A program made the position numbers and the translations under genes. A stretch of DNA of 64,000 nt, taken from Mobula hypostoma. Its lineage: Eukaryota. Shown piece after piece: positions 51,957 to 64,000 of this stretch. The stretch lies in the NCBI RefSeq assembly GCF_963921235.1, contig NC_086118.1, forward strand, positions 16,432,001 to 16,496,000, in the 5' to 3' direction. The notes beneath the pieces were generated by a model, which saw only the letters and a program-made list of their open reading frames with translations, did no database searches and was not told where the DNA came from. Each line of letters starts with the position of its first letter. The stretch's first letter is position 1.

Positions 51957-53169
51957 GGATGTCATTGGAAAACTCAAACATATCATAATAAAATAGTGTT
52001 AGATGAAAATGCCACACCCAAGTTTTACAATGCTTGTCTAGTTCCTTAAACCATCCATGATAAAGTAACCAGTGAGCTTGATCTCACGGAGGCTGAAGGA
52101 ATTTTTTTGAAGTTTGAGTGGAACCCATGGGCAACACCAGTGATCCCAGTAGCCAAGAAGAATGGGCCTGTCAGGATCCTTGGGTAATTTTAAGGTACAG
52201 AAAGTAGATCAGTACCCTCTTCCCAGGAGAGAGGATTTCTTTGCAGACCTTTCTGGAGGGAAACACTCAGCATAAATGACTTAGCTGAGGCCTACCTACA
52301 GATGAAGGTGAAATAAGAGTCCAAAGTGTTTCTCACCATAAACACTCACAAATGACTTTCTCACTATAATAGGCTGCACCTGCACTCTGGCAGAAAACTA
52401 CGGATGACATCATTGTTACTGGTAAAGATAACAAGGAACATCTCCAAAATTTCAAAACCGTATTAAAAGGATTAGATTATGGGGTCAGAGCAGAATGTGA
52501 CAAGTCTGAATTCTTTAAACCTAGCATCACTTACTATGGTCATAGGAAATTCAAGCAGTGGTGGATGCCCCAGGGTCAGAGGACATGCCAGAGTTGCTCT
52601 TCTTTTTAGGATTTGACAATTACCATACCAGGTTCCTGTCACACGTGGCTACTGTTCTCCATCCCTTGAACTTATTAATACAGATCAAGAAGAAATAGCA
52701 ATGGACAAAGCAGTGTGAGGTGGCTTTCCAAAAGGTAAAAGAAATGGTGACACCAGACACTGTACTCGCACATTATAATCTACATCATCCAGTGAAGCTT
52801 GCCTGTGATGCTTCACCTTATGGTCTAGGTGCAGTTATGTCACGTTATGAATGATGGAAGTGAAGGACCCATAGCCTTTACTTCACCCTTCCCTTACCAC
52901 TGCAGAGAAAAAATACACACAGATTGACAGAGAGGCCCTGATTCTGGTTTGGGGTGTAAAACATTTCAACCAGTACCTGTATAGGAGAGCGGTTCCCCTC
53001 ATTACTGATCATCAATCACTGTTGTGAATTTTCAATCCACAGAAAGGTGTGCCACTAACTGCAGCACAAATGTTATTTCTTGGAGGAAACAATTACAAGA
53101 TTGAACTCAAGAGGACAACTAATCGTGGAAATGCTGATGGATTGGCGCATTTACCCCTGGAAAAGGAAA

Positions 53170-53432
53170 TTTATTTATTATGTATTTAGAGACAGTGTGA
53201 AATAGGCCCTTCCAACTCAACGGGCAGTGCCTCTCAGCAACCCACCAATTTACCTCTTGTCTAATCACAGGACAATTTACAATGACCAATTAACCTTCAA
53301 ACTTGTCTGTCTATGAACTGTGGGAGGAAACCAGAGCACCCGGAGGAAACCCATGCATTCACGGGGAGGACGTACAAACTCCTTAAAGTGGACATTGGAA
53401 CTGAACTCCAAGCTCTGATGGCCTGAGCTGAA
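53170..53432 (-). mobile_element. V-SINE nested in Gypsy
   Basis: GGGAGGAAACCAGAGCACCCGGAGGAAACCCA (reverse V-domain). Confidence 0.8.
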
Positions 53433-54047
53433 AAACTGACAAAAGGGGGCACTCCTCTTGACGTATTCTCCTAAATGAAAATCAGAAGGCTCTCTATTAT
53501 GGCAGAAATGATCCAGTGGGAAACCAGAAAAGACCCCACACTTCCTCAGGTCTACACGATAATCCAAAGTGGCTGGAAGTGCAGCAGAAATTTTAGTTCT
53601 CCGGTATCTACCAGTGCCAGGGTGAGCCTGCACTTGATGGGGATTGCCTGATGTGGTGATTGAGAGTTGTTGTACTGTGCAAGTTGAGAGCCAAAGTATT
53701 GGAGGAGCTACATGCTGGTCATCTAGGAGTGGTCAAAATGAAAGCACTGTTTTGAAGCCTTGTCTGGTGGCCTGAGATAGATCAGTAGTTCAATCAGTTT
53801 GTTTAAGATGCTACCATGATTAGAAGAAGTGAAGAGCAGCACCACTCCATCCCTGGGAATGGCCTGAATTGCCCTGGCAGAGGAGTCATGTGGATTTTGC
53901 CAAACCATTCATGGGCACAAATACTTTGGTAGTATAGGATGCAGTTACAAATGGGCCAGAAGTGTTCCCTATGGCCTCCACTACAGCCTGGGAACTGCTG
54001 ATGTGTTGAGAAGCCTCCTCTCAAGGACTGGTATTCCAAAACACTTA

Positions 54048-54561
54048 AGGCTGATTTATACTTCTGCATCAAATGAACGCCATAACCTATGCACGTGGCC
54101 TAAGCGCGTTGTGAGCGTTCATACTTGTGCGTTGGTGTGTCTGCGTCGCTCTGCAATTCAGTCACGTTGCGCATGCGCACACACCTGCCCGTGCAAGGCT
54201 CCATGGTCATGGTAATCTTTCTCGGGGTAAACAGTTTAAAGCGAGCGTTTTTTTCTGTAAAGGCAAAATGTGTTCTCCATAATTTCGGAGGTCATTAAAG
54301 CTTTATGGAAAGCATTGCAGCCAGAGTTCCTTCCCTGCCCTTCAGTCGCCCAATGGGAAGCTATTGCAGTGCAGGAGGAAATGCGATGCTACCAAGCAGA
54401 CCAATCACAGTTGTTGCGGTCTGCGTTGCCGCGACGTGTAGTTACATTTTGGGAGAGGTGCGCGTTAGGCTACGGCGTAGGGATCCACGTAGGCTCTGCA
54501 TAGGGTTCGCAGCGATGCCATACCCACGGCATCCAGTTGATGCAGAAGTATAAATCAGCCT
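54048..54561 (+). mobile_element. Non-autonomous PIF/Harbinger element
   Basis: [64 protein letters not shown] transposase remnant. Confidence 0.88.
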
Positions 54562-55654
54562 TTCGTCAGTGACAATGGACCACAGTTTGTAGCAGAACAG
54601 TTTCAGTCATTCCTGAAAATGAATGGAATAAGACCTACTACATCTGCACCGTTCCAACCAGCTACAAATGGCATGGCAGAAAGGTTTGTCCAAAGAGTGC
54701 ACTGTGAGCAATCTCAGCAGAACACACTACCTTGACACTGAATCAGAAGCTTGCCAATTTCTTCCATACATATTGCAATGCAGTACCTTCCATAACCAAC
54801 AACTCACCAGTTGTGCTGTTCCTGGCTTGTCCCCTGCACTCACACTTGGATCTCCTCAAATTCAATCTCCGAAGGAGTATGCAGGACAAACAACTAATAT
54901 AAATTAAGGCCTCCTCAAACAAAGAGGTTTGCTGTTTCACTCCTTGACAAGCAGTCCTGGTGAGGGACTACAAAGGTGATCAAAAGTGGGTACTCGGAAA
55001 GATTAAGGACAGAACAGGACCAGCCTCCTACACAGTGGAGATTGTGTCTGATGTCATCTGGAGATGACACATCGATCACTTGAGGAAAGTAGAGTCAATT
55101 GGTAGTGAAGGAACGTGTGCAGAACTGTCAGAACCACTTCCTGCAATCCCAGAGTCAACTCCTACAACCACCATGGAGGAGGACCCAGAACCTGAGATTG
55201 TTTCACAGACACAAGTTCAGCCAACCAGAGTGATCCCTCTTGTCAGGAAAGATGTTATCCCACACTTGTAAGAAATTCTCCACAGCGATTAAATCTTTAA
55301 GCCAGAAGGGGACAATTTAAAATTACTCTACTGTGGATAGTAGTTGTATTATATAGTATACTGTGTATATAGTTGAGATGCATTCTATATTGAGTTCAAG
55401 TTCATAGCTAAGCAGGGTGGTGCATTTAATACTTCAGTAGTATTTGACAAGTATTGTAAATATTGTTTGATTAAGTATTCATTGTTTGCTTAGGTGATTC
55501 ATCATGGGTTATATGTAAAAATACATGAATGGCATATGTCGTTATGCCACCATGTCATATATGAGCACCTATTTAAACGGAAACTAGGTAGACAAGTTAT
55601 CCCGACTCCTGTGTTCTTTTTTCTCTCAATTACTTTCTGGAGTTGCAAAACATA

Positions 55655-55840
55655 ACTAATTACACCCATGTGACCAAATAACCTCCTGACCTGCGCGTCT
55701 TTGGAATGTGGCAGGAAACCGGAGCCCCTGGAGGAAACGCAGGCGGTCACGGGGAGAATGCAGAGAGAGTGGGGAATTGAACCCAGGCTACTGGTGCTGT
55801 GATAGTGTTACGCTAGATGCTACGCTTCCATACCGCCCCA
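55655..55840 (-). mobile_element. V-SINE
   Basis: Reverse V-domain plus tRNA-like B box (GGTTCAATTCC). Confidence 0.75.
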
Positions 55841-55849
55841 TCTGATGTA

Positions 55850-56500
55850 GTTGTTGTACAATGTCATTATCTACTTTGGCATCGGCTTGTAATTGAAGTC
55901 GACTTCTTTCCTCTCATGTTTTTTTTTGGGTTCTAAGCCAATTTAGGAGCCATGGACTCTTCCACAGATGGGACAGGTTGCAGCAGACCGTGCTGCTGGG
56001 TAGCTATATTGTGAGGTGGTGCTCCTTCTGCAGAACCTCTTTGCTTGCAAATCATGGCTTTGACTTTCTTAATACCATCTCAGTGCTTCTACTCCATTTT
56101 GAGCCATCATGTGTAGTAGATTCCCAGTAGTAAATGGGGTTATTGCATTTTCTTGAGGAACTTCGGTCACATCCTCGAACCTTTCTCTGCATTTGACCAG
56201 TAGCTTTTTCCTCATAGCAGAACTTGGAGTAGATTGTTCATTTTAATGGCCTAGTGTCATTTATTTGAACAATGTGGTCTACCAAACATGGTGCCAGAAT
56301 GCAGCTGGGACCTCAATGCTGGGAATTTTATCCCAGAAGACGTCACCGAAGTCAGTTCAATCTCCGCTGCAGTGAATTTGGAGAATTTGTGGTAGAAGGT
56401 GTTGATAATATTTTTCCAGTGTATTGAGATGCCTGCTATGGATATTCCAGAAGCATATAGGAGGAGAGGGCTCTTGCAGCCATTTACTGCTCTCTGAATT
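55850..56500 (-). mobile_element. Old RTE-like LINE 3' fragment
   Basis: Degenerate RTE C-terminal-like sequence on the minus strand. Confidence 0.45.
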
Positions 56501-59309
56501 TAAATCTTCTAACAGCCTGAAGAGGGAGAACATAGACAGACTTTAATTAATGCCCTCATGCAATATTATCCTGGCAGTGGTCTTCCTGCTCAGTGCAGAT
56601 AGGTTCTGAATCTTTTCTTTTTTCAACTGAAGAACTGCTTTTAACCCGTAAGTCTTTACTTGGGTTTGCGCCTTGCAACCTTTTGATTCACTTTCCATAA
56701 TGCAATAGGTTTCAAATCATTGATGTCTTTTCAGCAGCTATTACATTCTTAATTTAATTTTAACTTTTTCTTGCCCATATTTTACAATGCTAGGTTGCAT
56801 TTTATGTAACTGAAATCATAATTATTTGTTTCTCAAGTTCTTTGTAGCCCAAACCTTCTCTGATAGGAACATCTTTTTCTAAAATTTGTTCTACTGTTTT
56901 TGAGAAAGGTGTTAACTATTGAAAATATGGACAATAGTCTTATTTTAGATAAAGTTCCAGATTCATGACTCATAATGTATGTAGCTACTGCTTTATGTCG
57001 GAAATGAGTGTCACCTCTTTGGGTATTGATCCAGAGGAACTTGTGTCAACACAAGAACACAGGAAAATGAGAGCAGGTCCCTTTACATCTGCCCCATTGT
57101 TAAATATGACCATGACCACTCTGTCCCATGCTTTCATTTCTCTGTTAATCCAGATTCACAAAGGCCTTAATTACCTGATTTTTCAAATAATTTTCAAATA
57201 CCCTTTTATGTACCTACTGTGACAGCCTCCATAACCTCAGGCTAGAGAACATACAGATATTTACCACTGTGCAAGAAAGAATTCCTAAAGACCAGTTTTA
57301 ACTAACTATCCCAGTTTATCAGGCAACTCTACTTCCTGATTTGAGAATCTCCCTTTACTGGAAATAATACAACAGCTGCCCTGTTCTGGTCCTTTAAGAT
57401 ATAACTTGTTTCAATAAGATAATTGACAAGAATAAGATCGTACTCCTTCGACTTTGTTGGGCATTTGAGATTGGACTGGCAATATACAGTGAAGTTTTGC
57501 AGATAGCTCATAAAACTACTGCATATACATCTTCTGAAGAGCTATTGCTGTAAACTGCAGCCTGTAATTTCCCTTTAAGAAACATACTTTTGAACTGCCT
57601 TAACTCACTAGTGATTTTACAATATCCTGAAGGAATCAGCAAACTTGACTCTCAAGAACGCTGGTACAGGAACTGGAAGAGTATGAAGGGCAGCCATTGC
57701 CGGAAAAGTTGGCACCAGGGCAGAGCGATCCAGACTAAAGTGACATGAAACACAACCACTGCTACCTAGCATCCTACTAGCCAACACACAGGCACTGAAG
57801 AGCAAGATAGAGGACCTTAGGGCAAGATTGCTTGTTCGGAGGGAAATGAGGGATTGCTGGGCTCTTTGTTTCACTGAGGCATTGCTCAACCCTGACACTC
57901 CGTACACAGTAATCCAGCAGATGGACTGAATTACTGCATTGGGATTGGCAATTGGGTGGGGTGTGCTTCACAAGGAGCTCATTGTGGTGCTCAGACAAAG
58001 CTGTCCTGTCTCATTCTTGCTCCCAGTATCCTGAATATCTAATGATTAAGTACTGATCATTCATCCTATTGAGGGAGTTCTCCAGTGTGATCCTGACTGC
58101 AGGTTACATACTCTGCCAAAGGCAGATGTCAATCAAAAACTCAACATATTGAGTATCATGATTAACAAACAAGAAACAGCCTACCCTGACATCCTTCACC
58201 TCTTTGCCAGGACTTCAGTCAGGCTAGTTTGAAGAAATAGCCTCCAATTAGCATCAACTAATCACTGGACCCAATACACTCAACTATTGTTACACTGCCA
58301 TCAAAAATGCTTACAGTTCCATCCTTAGATCGCATTTCGGGGTATCTTCTCCTCCCTGCACATAGGCAGAGGCTAAAGAGCAGTAAGGACATCAAAGAGG
58401 TGATCACGAGAGACAGAGGAGCTGTTATGAGACCGCTTCAAGTCAGTTGACTGGGCCATATTCAGAGACTCAGCAGTGGGACTGAATGGTTGTTGTTAGG
58501 GCATTTTCTGGAGTTCCGCTGTGATGTCACAGAAGACTTGCTTTGTGTGCCAACAACCAGGCAGAATCCATAGCAACACCCTCCCTTTCCAATTTGACTG
58601 CCGGCCAGATTATAGAGCCGGTGAGGTCAACATTCAGGTTAGACAAATGGTTGGCGGCAGCCTCTCTTGCGGCTGGTGGTCATCCACAGATGTACATTTG
58701 AGGTTTATTAGGGTGACCGGCAATGTGAAATGTTAATGGACACAGGGTCAACGGTATCGATAACTGATCTACCCATGCCCATGTCAGGAGAATCAATTTA
58801 CACTACCAGTGCCTGGAAGTGAAACAATAATGGCAGAGAGGTGTGAGCCTCAGATTCTTGAGTTAGAAGGTGTGCAGCTTCCTGGAGATATTTGGGGTGT
58901 GTCCAGACAATGAGGCCACTGTCCTGGGGAGAGGCACACTAAGTAAGGCAGGTTCTATCGTAGACTCAGAAAGAGGAGAAATGACACGGACAAGACAGGA
59001 ACAGCGATCATCAATGATCCACAGACCAGACGACATGGCTCACAGAAAGACGGCAGCCCCAAGCAAGGGCAGGAGATAGGACAATGACTGTGAATCATGT
59101 CAGGAGGTCCCAAGGGTAGGGGCCAAACACAGTGAAGAGCTGTTATGAGTAGTGCAGCTGCCTGCAGAGGTAGCAGCAATTAAAGACACACCAGAAAGAG
59201 GAGAGTAAAGGTGCAGAAAGGGAATGAGTGGGCAAATCACGTGGCAAAGTTAGCAACAGAAGAGCATGAAATTGAAGAGGAAGAAGTTACTGGAGATGTG
59301 AAGGACCAT

Positions 59310-60092
59310 TGTTACATATCCCGTGAGCATGATGTAATGTTCTTGTGAGTATTATGTCATTATCTTGTGATGGGCATGATGTAATTGTCTCATGACAGTG
59401 GGGTGATGTGATGTCACGTGATGGCATGGTATATAAGAAAAAGCCCACCATAGTGATGCAGTTCTCTATTTTATTTTTAGTGTAACGTTGTGCCAGCAGT
59501 TTCGAAAATCGCTGCCAGTTTTTGTTTGTTGCACCTTTGTTTTCCTTTACAGTCCAGTATCGGAGAGTGAAGACATTATCAGAATTATCCGAGCAAAGGA
59601 TTGGGTAAAATTAATGTCATTCAGTTTCTTGGGAATAATCGACCTTTTTAATCTTCCTTTGGGAATTGTGCAATGCACATTTGAGTAAAACCCCTGCCAG
59701 GGCGGGAAGATTTGTGCAGTGACCACCCTCCAGTCAAAAGGTCAGTTCCTTTATTTCTTTGTGAATCCTTTGGACAAGGCATCTCTCAGCTGAGATCAAC
59801 AGATGCATCATTGCTTTGAAGAAAACATTGTTTCGGGGAAGTCTCTCCTTAATGACTGTATAAATCATATGGACTTTTGAATTTACCACTTTAAGTCTCT
59901 ACTTGGATGAGAACTCTTTAAGAACAGTTTATAAGTTTGACTGTTTGTTTGATATACTCGTTTAACTGTTAACATCCGGTTAAGTTAGTTGTTTGTTTAC
60001 TTTTCGATGCTTTGAGTAGAGGCTAATAAATATTGTTGTTTGTTTATAAAACCTGACTCAATTTCATATCCATTGTTACTGGACATGTAACA
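59310..60092 (+). mobile_element. Solo LTR nested in the ERV pol
   Basis: TGTTACAT..ATGTAACA; 4-bp TSD CCAT; AATAAA at 60025. Confidence 0.9.
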
Positions 60093-61415
60093 CCATTGTA
60101 ATTAGGTCAATACATTGCGGAACGCAGCAAAATAGCAACAACATATGCTGATCAGAGAAAAGTCAGAGGGAGAGGAGATAGTCCTCCCACAACTGAGTAA
60201 TCAAGTCATGGTGAGAGAGCTGCCTGAAAAGGCAGGGTTTGCTCCGACATAGATAGAACCACAGGTTACACTTTTGCAAATGACACCTGTGTTTGTGTGC
60301 CAATCCGGCGAGTTAGACAGACTCAAATTAAACTATATGACTCATCTTCTTGTCACCTTCACAGACAGAGCAAGAGATCAGGTGACACGGTAATTGCAGA
60401 GAACCTAACTGATGAACACCAGCCGACTGCATCAGATCTGACCACAGCTGAGAAAAGCACACTCACAACAAACCCAATTGCAGAAGACACAGATCGGGCG
60501 TGACAGCAAGCTGTGAACGGTGTGTTAAAGTGTAATGGTAACTCTGTTCTGTAATGAAGGCTGGTTCTTGAAGGTAGATGGTTAGTTGGACAGATCAGAA
60601 TAGAAAGGTATTTTGGAAAGTAGACGGGAAGAGATCCAAGTTGCAGCAGAGACATCAGTTTCACAGCTTCGATGGCTTGGCAGACTGAGAAAGAGAAGAA
60701 ATTACACGCAGTGTCTGAAGGCAGTCACTCCAGCCTGAATGGGGAGTGAATACAAAAGAGCTGGGCCTTTCAGTGGTTGGGCCAGTGATCAAATGTACTG
60801 TCCGGGAGGGGTCGCCGTTCAAATAGAGACCAGCCCAACCCCTCCTGTACATCGATGAACGGGTCTGAGAGACTAGTTGTCAGGTTCTGACTATCTTTTG
60901 TCATTGCATGGAGTGTGAACTGTTGCCAGCAAGCCTGATACATTTACCTTGTTGGTGCTCCTGAGCAGAGAGTAACCACTGAGAACTACTGCAAAGTTTT
61001 AGCTATCAGAGAATGAAGGGCTGATGATAAAGAATGAGATTAAACCACAACAGCAGGGAAGGAGGTGACGGGCATACGAATGACAAAGCCGCTTTTTTAA
61101 AGACTGTTGGTCAAATTTCTGGTCTGATCTCTGCTTAGAGTCTTGGCCATTAGGGATGATAATGTAGATGTAGGTGCACATAGGGATATGATCTGTAATT
61201 GTCCAAGGGGGTCTGAAGTGCGGGGTAATTTTATAGATCCTCCTTAAAGTTCAGCCTTTTCTGGAATAAATTTATTTTTGTTCAGATGGGCCAAGAGGAG
61301 GGACTGTTAGGGTGTATTCTAGAGTTAAGGAAGCAGTCTTCACGTCTGAATGTGGATTGTAGATTGAATTTAAAATGCTGCTCAGAACAATGGTGATTTT
61401 GGAGTTACAGACTAG

Positions 61416-62383
61416 GGCTACGTCCACATTACGCTGGATAATTTTGAAAACGTTAGTTTCGAGTAAAAACGACAGGCGTACACGCTAAACGTTTTTCAAA
61501 ATATCTCTGTCCACACTAACATGGATATTTGGGCGAATCTCCTCTACTGGGCATGCGCAGGACACACAGAAAACAAGCGAAGAGGAAATGGTATGCTTGG
61601 TGCAAGTTTGTCCAGTTATAGGGTAGAAAAACATAAAAGGAATTGCTCTTGGATCTCATGCAGGAGGACTTAAAACTAAAAAAAACAAATACTGGAGCAT
61701 ATAGAGGCAACCGACAGGGAGTTCACGGACAGTATGACCCAGCTGACGACGAACATTGAAAAACTGACTAACTCTGTTGCGTTAATAAAGCACCTTGTTA
61801 AATGCATAAAACACGTCTGCATCAGTGTTATCTTGTATTTCCATACAAGTTACATTAGGCTGTTACACATCTATTGTCAGAGAAGTACTTGCATAAATAG
61901 GTAAACCACCTTCATACAAGCAAGGACAGAAAACAGGGCAAAGTGAGTATACTTATTTATTCAGTAAGCTATGGGTCAAAGTATTTGGTGAGTACATTTC
62001 TAACTCTTCTGGCTTCAGCCTTGTTGCCGTCTGTTCTGAAATTCTTAGGTTCTGCGAAGCACAGAATCAAATATGATTGTACGCTCTAGTATCAATTGTT
62101 TGGCAACAATAAAGTAATAATAATAATAATAAGAAGAAAACAATGAAATGCCGCACTGCCACCATCTGTTCTGGCACGTCATGACAGTGGTTTTAAAAAG
62201 CTCTGGTTACCCCATACACATTGCAATGGATATTAGGCGTTTTCAGATTTATTCACTCTGGAGAACGTTTCTGAAAATCTCCATTTTCGGGGGATGAAAA
62301 TGCCGTTTTAGTGTGAACAGAGGGTCAAAACAAAGAGAAAAAGCTTTGTTTTCAAAATTACCTGGCACAGTGTGGACGTAGCC
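61416..62383 (+). mobile_element. Non-autonomous Harbinger element in the ERV 3' LTR
   Basis: TIR GGCTACGTCCACA / TGTGGACGTAGCC; 3-bp TAG/TGG flanks; coiled-coil remnant resembling the Harbinger Myb-like protein C-terminus. Confidence 0.85.
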
Positions 62384-64000
62384 TGGGATCGATTGCAAAA
62401 TAGGAAACACCTCATTGATCTGAGATGTCTGCATGTACATGAATGCAACTGAGAGACAGCAGTAATTAACATTCAGTTTAGGGTGTCTGGAGTGTTGATG
62501 TGAAGATTTAGGTGTTTGAAAATTACACATCAGTCAAAAGAATCTTTATGAATGCATTGTAACCATAGAAATGTACGGCTGTTACCTTTGTTCTTTAGCA
62601 TATAAAAATGTCATGTAATGTTGGGTCAAGGAGCCTGTCTCCAGAGTGACTCCAAATGTTGTCAGCTTGTGTGTTGCGAATAAGATTTTTATATTGCCAG
62701 CTGGGTGTCTTTTGTCTACATCGAAACAGGTCAACAGCAGATGATATTTCATTTGCTCTTCACTCAGCTCTGGAATGGCTTTTGTCAACAGTCACAACAG
62801 TCATCATGGACTTTAAAAAGACACTTGTTGATGAGTGTGTCCCCACAAAATTACTCAGGGTCTTCCCCAACTAGAAAGTCTTGATGAACAAGAGATTTGC
62901 AAACTTGCTGAGGGCTAGGTGGGTGGTGTTCATGACTGATGACTCAGGAAAATACAAGCGGTCCAGGCACGATCTCCGGAAATCTGTCTCACATGAGAAA
63001 TGGCAATTCTGAATCAAACTTGTATTACAAAAGGATGCTTTTCAGCTGTGGCAGGGCTTAAATACTATCGCCTCCTGCAAAGCAAAACCAAGCAACGTAT
63101 GTATGTGACAACAAGGTTTCGCCTTGAGATGAGCTCAATGCTTCTTATGTTTGCTTTGACCAACAGAACGTGGAGGCAACTTCAGGAACTCCCACAGGCT
63201 CTGACGACCCTGCAATTTCAGCCTGAGGCTGATGTGAGAACATCCTACAGGACCCATTCTGTGTACCAGGCTGAGTACTGTGCTAATCAACTGGCTGGAG
63301 TGCTTACTGATATCTTCAAGCTCTCAATTCAGCAGTCTGAAGTACCCACCTGCTTCAAGCAGGCTTTGCTTGTACCGGTGCCTAAGAAGAATGTGGTAAC
63401 CTCCCTCAATGATCATCATCTAGAAGCACTTACACCCACTGTGATGAAGTGTTTGGAGAGTCTGGTCATGAAGCATATCAACTACTGCCTGTGGAGAGGT
63501 TTGGGTCCGCTCCAATTTACCTACATCAAAACAGTTCAACAGCAGATGATATTTCATTTGCTCTTCACTCAGCTCTGGAATGTCTGGACAATGAAGGTGC
63601 ATTCATCAGGATGCTCTCCATTGAGTACAGCTCAGCATTCAACTCTATCATCCCCTTGAAACTCATCACTAAGCTCCAGCTCTGAGGCCTCAATCCTTCT
63701 ATGTGCAATTGGATCCTTAATTTCTTCACCTGTAGACCCCAGTCAGTTCGGATTGGCAACAACATCTCCACAATCAACATCTGCACAAGTGGATGACAAG
63801 GCCGTCTGTTTAGCCTCACTGCTCTACCTGCCTTCTACCTACGACTGTGAAGCTAGGTACGACTCCAGTGCCATATTTAAGTTTGCTGACAGCACCATTG
63901 TTGTTTGCAGAATCAAAAGTGGTGATGGATCAGCTTATAGGAGGGAGATTAGAAATGTGTTTCTGGGATTGGTACAGCCTGTGATTTACAGTTTGGAGAT

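Larger units (their letters stand above)
47873..55653 (+). mobile_element. Full-length degenerate Gypsy (K02A2.6/Mag-like) retrotransposon
   Basis: Homologous LTRs (47873-48997 with inserts; ~55418-55653); PBS TGGCGAC at 48999; gag LIAECFRFHK.NQ.EGES, protease ELDTG, RT/RNase H (LACDASPYGLGAV), integrase (SDNGPQF). Confidence 0.92.
58494..62799 (+). mobile_element. Heavily deleted endogenous retrovirus
   Basis: Gag knuckle CFVCQQPG (58538); protease EMLMDTGSTVSIT (58727); RNase H LL.VVQLPAEVAAIK..HQK..GNEWANHVAK (59134-59255); integrase C-terminus (60190-60340); PPT AAGAGGAGGGAC; 3' LTR 61305-62799; flanks GTTGT/GTCAT. Confidence 0.8.
57550..64000 (+). mobile_element. Near full-length Rex1/Babar LINE (APE at 57760-58490; RT at 62800-end) split by an ERV
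   Basis: LPSILLAN....KIEDLRARL..REMRDC..CFTE; CANQLAGVLTDIF..VPTCFK..VPVPKK; DYSSAFN-like and FAD motifs. Confidence 0.88.

Noticed and set aside
55770..55835. tRNA-like A/B boxes
   Set aside because: SINE head, not a tRNA cloverleaf.

Overview
Repeat-dense eukaryotic DNA, most likely from a cartilaginous fish such as a ray or skate. This is inferred from HER1/CR1 LINE tails, HE1/V-SINEs and the Neptune-Penelope, Rex1, RTE, Tc1, Tigger and Harbinger families present. Most of the window is nested transposon relics: CR1, Rex1/Babar, RTE, HERO, two Penelope clades, two Gypsy elements, several solo LTRs with TSDs, a deleted endogenous retrovirus, and DNA transposons. Almost all listed ORFs are TE fragments or noise. 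Between the repeats, a series of small, phase-compatible minus-strand exons appears to encode a host protein I cannot name. The most notable items are (1) Penelope-derived short elements and hairpins carrying minimal hammerhead ribozyme motifs, some with their own TSDs; (2) an ERV with a 5-bp TSD and two related solo LTRs; (3) the unidentified spliced gene; (4) a 62-bp locally templated insertion. No rRNA, tRNA gene or CRISPR array is supported. All calls were made by eye; boundaries without a stated TSD/TIR are approximate.
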